Of a stretch of DNA of 4,236 nucleotides, positions 1 through 4,236 are shown in pieces. Numbering within the stretch: the first letter of the stretch is position 1; every line of letters starts with the position of its first letter. Where the stretch lies: NCBI RefSeq assembly GCF_024298765.1, contig NZ_CP101215.1. One strand, written 5' to 3'. Origin of the DNA: Escherichia coli (GTDB lineage Bacteria; Pseudomonadota; Gammaproteobacteria; Enterobacterales; Enterobacteriaceae). The position numbers and the translations under genes were made by a program. The notes under the pieces are model-generated. The model was not told the DNA's origin. It was given only the letters and a program-made list of their open reading frames with translations, and did no database searches.

Positions 1-29
1 CGAACGGGTCAAAACGGCAAACTTTCTCA

Positions 30-76
30 TCCAGAAAACGCCTCACGGGACGCGGAATTTTTTCGTGTCCCGTGAG
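30..76 (-). terminator. Putative rho-independent terminator downstream of mobA
   Basis: Seen in sequence: imperfect inverted repeat 42-54 (ctcacgggacgcg) and 64-76 (cgtgtcccgtgag), 12 of 13 pairing, with a 9-nt loop. On the minus strand it is followed by GCGTTTTCTGG (about 30-41). It lies about 35 nt past the mobA stop codon (110-112). A second small hairpin, cgggg-tgcag-ccccg at 91-105, sits directly after the stop. The U-tract is short and interrupted, so the call is tentative. Confidence 0.35.
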
Positions 77-109
77 ACGTTGGCGGGGTTCGGGGTGCAG
101 CCCCGGATA

Positions 110-2329
110 TCACATACTCATGCCCCGGTAATGTCCGGGGCGTCGTTGTTGTTGCCTGTGCTGTTCGTCCCGCTTCCATTCATGCCAGGTCTGATTAAAT
201 CCGAGTTGACGGAAGAGATAATCCGGCATCTCTTCCGGTTTGTTGATGGCAGCAAAAAGCGTGTCCTGACAGCCCTTAAGCCTGAACTGCATCAGCTTCG
301 GTTCCGGTGGGTACGGAGTATCAGCATCACGGTTTATGGCCTCACCGTAACCTGCCAGGTGTATCCCGTTCTCTGTGATGATGCTTACCATCAGATGACT
401 GTAATCCGGCGACGGAAGCGCAAGAACGGGACGCAGCTCGTCCTCCAGGCGCACAAAACCGACAAGCATTTCCTCCGGCCCTTCGCACAACAGCAGATTC
501 AGCGTCCTGCTGTTTCGCTCTGTCGAAAAGACAACGGGCATGAGTTGCTCCGGTGCCGCATAAGCGGTGACGTCCACCCGGTGCGCTGACGGCAGCGGAG
601 AGGCTGCGGGCCTGCGGTCGTCGCTGAAATAAAAATTATCCGGCCAGTGATGCGGCAGCGCCGGAAAACCGTAAGAGGGCCACCCCTGGCGCATCTGTTC
701 CAGTACATGCCGGACCGTCGCACCGGAATACATTCTCACACGCTCAGGCCGCGCCATCGTCTCATGAGATTCTGGCATTCCCTCACGTATATCCGAGACC
801 ATCACAGCCCCGCCTGGCGACAGGTAAACATTCACCGGGTCATGAACACTCTGGGGGTAATGCGCCAGCTCATCACCCCATACCGTGAATTCTCCGGCTC
901 TGTTACTCAGCATCATGTAGCGGGTTATCCTGCCCGTTCCCGGCTCTCTGGCACGCCCCAGCTCCGTAATAACCCCGGCTAATGCCGTTTCTCGGCTCAG
1001 GCGATGGTTATCATGGTGTTTCAGCCGTGCGTCATATTCCTGTTCCTTCCGGCGCGCTTCCGCTTCGGCTTCCTCCCTGCGCCGCTCCGCTTCCCGTGCT
1101 GACAGTTTTTCTTTCAGCTCTGCCATTCCCGGCGAAATCCACGTATTCCACTGCGTTTCAAAGGCCTGACGACGGACGGGAATGTCCCGTTCTTTCACGG
1201 CCCTGTAGGTGCGGAGAAGAGATTCAATCTGTTTCTCGAGTTTCCAGAAGCGGAGTTGTCTTTTGCGGTATTCCGGTTCAGCCCATGTCATCAGGGGAAG
1301 CTCTGACAGGATGGACGCTACCGGACGGGCTTTTCTGAGTCCGGTCATCTCTTTTTCGAGAATATCCCGCTCTTTCACCAGCGCATTCCCCTCACGTTTG
1401 ATGTCGTTTGCCTTCCCGTTCATCGCCACGAACTCCGGTGTCATCTCCCATGCGTTCCCGCATTCCTGCGGCAGTGTGGCAATGAATTCCCGCAGGGTAT
1501 CCGCTGAGGCATTCGCGGCGGGAATGGTCAGATTAAGGGCTTCCGCTGCACGACGTGCGGCATCGCTGAGTTCCCGTTTCCGCACGTTCTCCTGTACCTG
1601 GATGACTGCCAGCCTTGTGCGGGAAACCTGTATTTCCAGGTTAAGGCTGTTAATCAGGCGGTTCTGCTCACCGCGTTCTGTTTCCATGCCCCGTTTTTCC
1701 ATCGCACAGGCAGCCTTTCCGAGGTGAAGGCCCGGCGCTTTCTCCAGTCCCTGACGCTCGTATGAACGATGGTCTATCTCTTCCTGGTAGCCGGCGTTCG
1801 CAAGCGCTCTGTTCGCATGGTCAGCCCATGATGCGCGCCACGTCTCGGCGAGTGCCCGGTCGTTCCAGTCCCTGACCTTTCCTGCGAATCCCGTTTCCCC
1901 GACAGCTCTCGTGGTCAGCATGATGTGTGCATGGGGGTTGGTCCGGTCCATATGATGGAACGCCACATCGGCAATCATGCCCCGACTGACAAAGTTTTCC
2001 CGGACAAAAGCGAGAACGGCCTCCCGTGCGGCCTCGCGGGAAATCTCACGGGGAATGGCGAGTTCAATCTCCCTTGCCAGCTGGGAGTTCCGGCGCTGTT
2101 CGGCTTTCTCGACCGCATTCCAGAGAACGGAACGGTCACCACACCAGGACGGTGCATTCGCAGGGGTGAGAATGACCGCATCATCAACGCCGCGTTTACG
2201 GGTGTAATCGTGGATTAATCCGGTACGGTCATCGGGTATGACAGAGCCGGAACGGTAGGCAGCAGAAGCAACGGCACTGTAGCCGTTTTTTCGCGAAATG
2301 ATTTTCATGCTGAGATGATAAATCGCCAT
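110..2329 (-). CDS. mobA: MobA/MobL-family (MOBQ-type) conjugative relaxase with a long C-terminal extension of unknown function, about 739 aa
   Basis: A continuous 768-codon minus-strand ORF (110..2416) in the supplied track. I place the start at the internal Met (ATG at 2329-2327) because the protein then begins MAIYHLSMKIISRKNGYSAVASAAYRSGS, the conserved N-terminus of MobA/MobL relaxases (compare RSF1010 MobA, MAIYHL...), with the catalytic Tyr region near the N-terminus and a 3-His metal motif HHMDRTNPHAHIML. A WADHANRAL motif and a charged, coiled-coil-like middle section (REAERRREEAEAEARRKEQEYD) follow. The C-terminal roughly 260 residues (about 110..890) have no motif I can assign. 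Stop TGA at 110-112. Established knowledge: the MobA_MobL family signature. Inference: start codon choice. Confidence 0.9.
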   Translation of the reverse strand: MAIYHLSMKIISRKNGYSAVASAAYRSGSVIPDDRTGLIHDYTRKRGVDDAVILTPANAPSWCGDRSVLWNAVEKAEQRRNSQLAREIELAIPREISREAAREAVLAFVRENFVSRGMIADVAFHHMDRTNPHAHIMLTTRAVGETGFAGKVRDWNDRALAETWRASWADHANRALANAGYQEEIDHRSYERQGLEKAPGLHLGKAACAMEKRGMETERGEQNRLINSLNLEIQVSRTRLAVIQVQENVRKRELSDAARRAAEALNLTIPAANASADTLREFIATLPQECGNAWEMTPEFVAMNGKANDIKREGNALVKERDILEKEMTGLRKARPVASILSELPLMTWAEPEYRKRQLRFWKLEKQIESLLRTYRAVKERDIPVRRQAFETQWNTWISPGMAELKEKLSAREAERRREEAEAEARRKEQEYDARLKHHDNHRLSRETALAGVITELGRAREPGTGRITRYMMLSNRAGEFTVWGDELAHYPQSVHDPVNVYLSPGGAVMVSDIREGMPESHETMARPERVRMYSGATVRHVLEQMRQGWPSYGFPALPHHWPDNFYFSDDRRPAASPLPSAHRVDVTAYAAPEQLMPVVFSTERNSRTLNLLLCEGPEEMLVGFVRLEDELRPVLALPSPDYSHLMVSIITENGIHLAGYGEAINRDADTPYPPEPKLMQFRLKGCQDTLFAAINKPEEMPDYLFRQLGFNQTWHEWKRDEQHRQQQRRPGHYRGMSM

Positions 2330-2377
2330 TTCTGCCGTAATGCCTTTTTGCCGTTTTCTTTCAGCCCCGCAGGGCGC

Positions 2378-2425
2378 ACACAATCGAAACGAAGTGAAGA
2401 TTGTATAAGTGCGCACTTCGTGATA
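2378..2425. other. Candidate origin of transfer (oriT) with MOBQ-type nick motif, overlapping the divergent mobA/mobC promoter region
   Basis: Seen in sequence: inverted repeat ACAATC (2380-2385) and GATTGT (2399-2404) with a 13-bp spacer, followed one base later by TAAGTGCG|CAC (2406-2416). This matches the RSF1010/R1162 oriT nick core GTAAGTGCG|CCCT, which I recall from memory. A second inverted repeat, acgaagtg (2389-2396) and cacttcgt (2414-2421), brackets the putative nick. The position between divergent mobA and mobC is the canonical MOBQ arrangement. The strand and exact nick position (predicted between 2413 and 2414) are inferred. Confidence 0.55.
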
Positions 2426-2449
2426 TGCCGTGCATTATGCCAGCTCAGT

Positions 2450-2477
2450 TTTTAAACTACCAGTGACGAGCTAAAAT
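2450..2477 (+). promoter_or_regulatory. Putative mobC promoter (-35 TTTAAA, -10 TAAAAT)
   Basis: Seen in sequence: TAAAAT at 2472-2477 with TTTAAA at 2450-2455 (16-bp spacer), about 30 nt upstream of the mobC ATG at 2508; AGGAG Shine-Dalgarno at 2495-2499. By-eye hexamer match only. Confidence 0.25.
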
Positions 2478-2507
2478 GCGATTTTTCACCGCGCAAGGAG
2501 TCACGAA

Positions 2508-2783
2508 ATGAGCAGAACACTCGAACAGAAGATTGCTGAAGCTGAGGCCAGATTGCAGCGCCTGAAGGCGAAGAGCCGGAGCCTGGACACTGCGCAAAAA
2601 GTCATTGTGGGAGCAGCCATGCTGGCGAGGGTACGGAGGCCGGAAGAGGCGCAACTGCGTGCGTTCCTGCTCCAGTTCCTGCGAAAGGAAGTCACAAGAC
2701 AGGCCGATGTGAACCGGCTACAACCACTGATTAACGAGCTGGAGAAGCTACCAAGACCACCTGCGAAACCGCAGAACGGATAA
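2508..2783 (+). CDS. mobC: MobC-family relaxosome accessory protein (91 aa)
   Basis: ORF 2508..2783 with a good RBS (AGGAG 2495-2499). The protein is small and basic, and it contains QKVIVGAAMLARV, which resembles the conserved RKVLVGAMILAKV segment of RSF1010-type MobC (recalled from memory). It is divergent from mobA with the oriT-like sequence in between, as in MOBQ systems. Confidence 0.8.
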   Translation: MSRTLEQKIAEAEARLQRLKAKSRSLDTAQKVIVGAAMLARVRRPEEAQLRAFLLQFLRKEVTRQADVNRLQPLINELEKLPRPPAKPQNG

Positions 2784-2952
2784 GCCCCGGCGCGTAAGTG
2801 CCACATGCACCACCGGACGCCTTTGCGCTTCCTCGCACATTCGCTCGCTACGCTCGGTCATGAGGCTGCGGCGAGCGCTACCACCGCAATCACGAGGAAA
2901 CCAGCGCCATTGCTGGGCGGAACCGGAAAAACCGCAGGAACGCCAACAGCTC

Positions 2953-2974
2953 AAAAAAGCGCCGAAAAGGCGCT
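2953..2974 (-). terminator. Putative rep terminator hairpin (short stem plus T6 on the minus strand)
   Basis: Seen in sequence: plus 2958-2974 forms a-gcgcc-gaaaa-ggcgc-t, a 5 to 6 bp GC stem with a 5-nt loop. On the minus strand it is followed by TTTTTTGAG (plus 2951-2958). It lies 15-35 nt downstream of the rep stop codon (2989-2991). The stem is short, and the element overlaps the presumed origin. Confidence 0.35.
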
Positions 2975-2995
2975 GTTATCTGATAAGGCTATTTG
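2953..2995 (-). other. ColE2-type origin of replication (Rep-primed ori) immediately 3' of rep
   Basis: The minus strand reads CAAATAGCCTTATCAGATAACAGCGCCTTTTCGGCGCTTTTTTGAGC, starting in the last codons of rep. From memory, the ColE2-P9 minimal origin contains AGATAAGCCTTATCAGATAACAGCGCC just downstream of rep; the exact base-by-base match is not verified here. Placement directly after the rep stop fits the known ColE2 architecture. Confidence 0.6.
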
Positions 2996-3897
2996 TGCAT
3001 TGCCCAATTACGGATCGTATTTCGATGTACATCCAGCATCGCCGCAATAGCTTTCTGAGAATATCCATTCTCCAGCATACATAGCGCCATGAAACGCTTG
3101 TCCTCGTAGGCTTCGCCTTTAGCAAGGCCACCTTTCCGGCCTCGAGCGGCCTGTACAGCGGAAAAGCCTTCCGGTGAGAATTTTCTGTGCGTGTATTTCG
3201 CAATGCTCTTGCCAATAGCCCGGCATTCAGCCAGTGAAAGAGGAACGGGAAGCGATGCGTTGTACATTTCGACACGCTGGATCACGGCATCAAGCCACTG
3301 TGAGAATGCTGGCCATCCCTGACGAATCGCTCTGTAAGCCCATTTGCGCGTCATTTCGAACAGGTGGCAGTTTCGCCCCATCCCGTAATGTTTATCGATG
3401 CTACGACGCTCTGAGGCGCTCAAATCGAGATAATCTGCCAGTTCATCGAGGGTATAGGCTTCCTCGCGCCACTCCATCACCTGCCATTCCAGGTGGAACG
3501 GATTTTTGCAAATCAGTCCGCTGTAGTTCACATCAGCACAAAGTTTCTCACACAGCGAACGTTCAATCGCGGCAGCATATTTCAGCGCCTTAACCGACGC
3601 ATCAGGCGCGGTTCTCACGGCGATATTGAGTGCATAGAGCAGGTGAGCGTGTCCGTTCACAGGATTTTTAACGGTGATGTTCGGCGCGGGGGCGTTCCGG
3701 TCGCTCCAGTCAATCGCTGCCCCCTCGCGGTCAACGTCAAAAACCAGCCAGAACTGCGCATGAGGCTGGTTCTGCTGGATGTACCGCGCAAGAAGCGCAC
3801 GCCCTTTGCCGGAGATGCGAAGGCCGAAAGCGAGATCATCCGTGTGATAGGGACGGTGGGGTAAATTTTCTTCGAAGTATTGAAGCGCGGCGCTCAT
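2989..3897 (-). CDS. rep: ColE2-family plasmid replication initiator / plasmid-specific primase Rep (302 aa)
   Basis: ORF 2989..3897 (-). RBS GGAAGGAA about 10 nt upstream of the ATG at 3897-3895; stop TAG at 2989-2991. The protein has long stretches I recognise from ColE2-P9/ColE3 Rep: YIQQNQPHA, DWSDRNAPAPNITVKNPVNGHAHLLYAL, VRTAPDAS, YAAAIERSLCEKLCADVNYSGLICKNP, YTLDELADYLDLSA, LFEMTRKWAYRAIRQGWPAFSQWLDAVIQRVEMYNASLPVPLS, ECRAIGKSIAKYTHRKFSPEGFSAVQAARGRKGG. The C-terminal tail (…ENGYSQKAIAAMLDVHRNTIRNWAMHK) looks like a helix-turn-helix, consistent with origin binding. Confidence 0.92.
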   Translation of the reverse strand: MSAALQYFEENLPHRPYHTDDLAFGLRISGKGRALLARYIQQNQPHAQFWLVFDVDREGAAIDWSDRNAPAPNITVKNPVNGHAHLLYALNIAVRTAPDASVKALKYAAAIERSLCEKLCADVNYSGLICKNPFHLEWQVMEWREEAYTLDELADYLDLSASERRSIDKHYGMGRNCHLFEMTRKWAYRAIRQGWPAFSQWLDAVIQRVEMYNASLPVPLSLAECRAIGKSIAKYTHRKFSPEGFSAVQAARGRKGGLAKGEAYEDKRFMALCMLENGYSQKAIAAMLDVHRNTIRNWAMHK

Positions 3898-3996
3898 GTG
3901 TTACGATTCCTTCCAGGTTATCGACCGACATCGCCCCTGTATTTTCGTGACAGTCTTGCCGGATAGGCACGAATTTCAGGGGCGTTTGTTTTTTCT
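3880..3996 (+). ncRNA. Putative antisense RNA (ColE2 RNA I-like) complementary to the rep mRNA leader and start region
   Basis: Established knowledge: ColE2-type replicons control Rep translation with an antisense RNA of about 115 nt (RNA I) complementary to the rep 5' leader. Seen in sequence: a strong plus-strand terminator (stem 3932-3939 with 3977-3984, then TTTGTTTTTTCT) ends at 3996 inside the rep leader. The 5' end is inferred from the expected length; no convincing promoter was identified by eye. Confidence 0.35.
3932..3996 (+). terminator. Rho-independent terminator (hairpin plus T-run) on the plus strand within the rep leader region
   Basis: Seen in sequence: CGCCCCTG (3932-3939) pairs with CAGGGGCG (3977-3984), a perfect 8-bp GC-rich stem around a 37-nt loop that may fold further. 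It is followed immediately by TTTGTTTTTTCT (3985-3996). Confidence 0.5.
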
Positions 3997-4054
3997 GGCG
4001 CTTACCCTACACCCAAACGCCAAACCCTGTCGATCCTTCCCCAAAACCCGATCC

Positions 4055-4082
4055 ATTTACCATAACTCCCGTTGTACGTACC
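4055..4082 (-). other. Xer (XerC/XerD) site-specific recombination core site, cer/psi-like with 6-bp spacer
   Basis: The minus strand reads GGTACGTACAA-CGGGAG-TTATGGTAAAT. Compared with the ColE1 cer core as I recall it (GGTGCGTACAA-TTAAGGGA-TTATGGTAAAT), the XerD arm is identical and the XerC arm differs at one position. The central region is 6 bp, as in dif and psi, rather than the 8 bp of cer. Confidence 0.6.
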
Positions 4083-4236
4083 CTCTAAAACGCTCTCAGA
4101 CGCGTTCTGACGCAAAAAACGCAAAAAGACAAGGAAACACCAGGCTGAACCAGAAAAATGCGTCAGAATCGTTTTTAGGGCGCTGCATAACTATGCACGA
4201 AAGCGATGCGCGATCGGTTTCGACCGTTCAGAAGCG
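4083..4236 (-). promoter_or_regulatory. Putative Xer accessory sequences (cer-like), including an ARG-box-like palindrome; truncated by the window edge
   Basis: Established knowledge: cer-type sites need about 180 bp of accessory sequence on the XerC-arm side, with an ArgR box about 100 bp from the core. Seen in sequence: palindrome TGCATAACTATGCA at 4184-4197, about 105 bp from the XerC arm, matching TGnAT-N4-ATnCA of the ARG-box consensus at 8 of 10 core positions. Also a 10-bp inverted repeat, TTCTGACGCA (4105-4114) and TGCGTCAGAA (4159-4168), flanking an A-rich stretch. Confidence 0.4.

Noticed and set aside
499-2187. Same-strand alternate-frame ORFs within mobA (499..723 and 1975..2187, minus) as possible embedded mobB-like genes
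   Set aside because: MOBQ systems can encode an overlapping mobB, but these translations are compositionally biased (Arg, Pro, Ser), have no recognisable membrane or MobB-like features, and lack obvious RBSs. Not supportable from sequence alone.
647-2218. Plus-strand ORFs inside mobA (647..982, 982..1338, 1209..1727, 1925..2218, 1977..2207)
   Set aside because: All are antisense to a confidently identified relaxase gene, and their products are low-complexity and rich in Arg, Ser and Pro, as expected from out-of-frame or antisense reading of GC-rich coding DNA.
2330-2416. N-terminal extension of the mobA ORF to the upstream ATG at 2416 (extra 29 aa, MRTYTIFTSFRL…)
   Set aside because: The conserved relaxase N-terminus MAIYHL starts at the internal Met (2329). 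The extension would read through the oriT and promoter region and has no RBS.
2457-2806. Minus-strand ORFs 2457..2654 and 2501..2806, antisense to mobC
   Set aside because: They overlap the well-supported mobC on the opposite strand; no motif or RBS support.
2748-3084. ORFs 2748..2954 (-), 2805..3050 (+) and 2860..3084 (+) across the mobC-ori spacer and the rep 3' end
   Set aside because: Low-complexity products (Ala, Thr, Arg rich) that run through the origin and terminator hairpin and overlap rep. They are more plausibly non-coding.
2976-3864. ORFs overlapping rep (2976..3275 minus alternate frame; 3234..3593 and 3493..3864 plus; 3657..3839 minus)
   Set aside because: They lie inside the confidently identified ColE2-type rep in other frames or on the other strand. 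No independent support.
3998-4054. Specific rep promoter hexamers (for example -35 TCGACA and -10 TAGGGT on the minus strand, about 4034-4005)
   Set aside because: The match to consensus is weak and alternatives exist. A promoter must lie between the Xer core and the rep leader, but I cannot place it confidently by eye.
1-4236. CRISPR array, defence system, toxin-antitoxin pair, tRNA/rRNA or IS element
   Set aside because: No spaced direct repeats, no terminal inverted repeats flanking a transposase, no small paired ORFs and no RNA-gene-like structure found. The whole window is accounted for by plasmid replication, resolution and mobilization functions.

Overview
The window reads as the near-complete backbone of a small, mobilizable ColE2-family plasmid of the enterobacterial type; I do not see a novel defence or other exotic system in it. 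All calls come from reading the sequence and the supplied ORF translations against remembered family motifs; no search was run. Minus strand 110..2329 encodes a MobA/MobL (MOBQ) relaxase (N-terminal MAIYHLSMKIISR and HHMDRTNPHAHIML motifs) carrying a roughly 260-aa C-terminal extension I cannot assign. A divergent mobC (2508..2783, +) sits across a 178-bp intergenic region that holds a candidate oriT with an RSF1010-like TAAGTGCG nick motif. Minus strand 2989..3897 encodes a ColE2-type Rep primase/initiator, with the ColE2-like origin and a short terminator hairpin immediately 3' of its stop (about 2953..2995). The rep leader region carries a strong plus-strand hairpin plus T-run (3932..3996), consistent with a ColE2 RNA I-type antisense regulator. 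Upstream of the rep promoter region there is a Xer recombination core site (4055..4082, minus orientation; 6-bp spacer) with cer-like accessory sequence running to the window edge. No colicin, immunity, lysis or other cargo gene, CRISPR array, tRNA/rRNA or IS element is visible. The least-explained parts are the MobA C-terminal extension and the 175-bp mobC-to-ori spacer.
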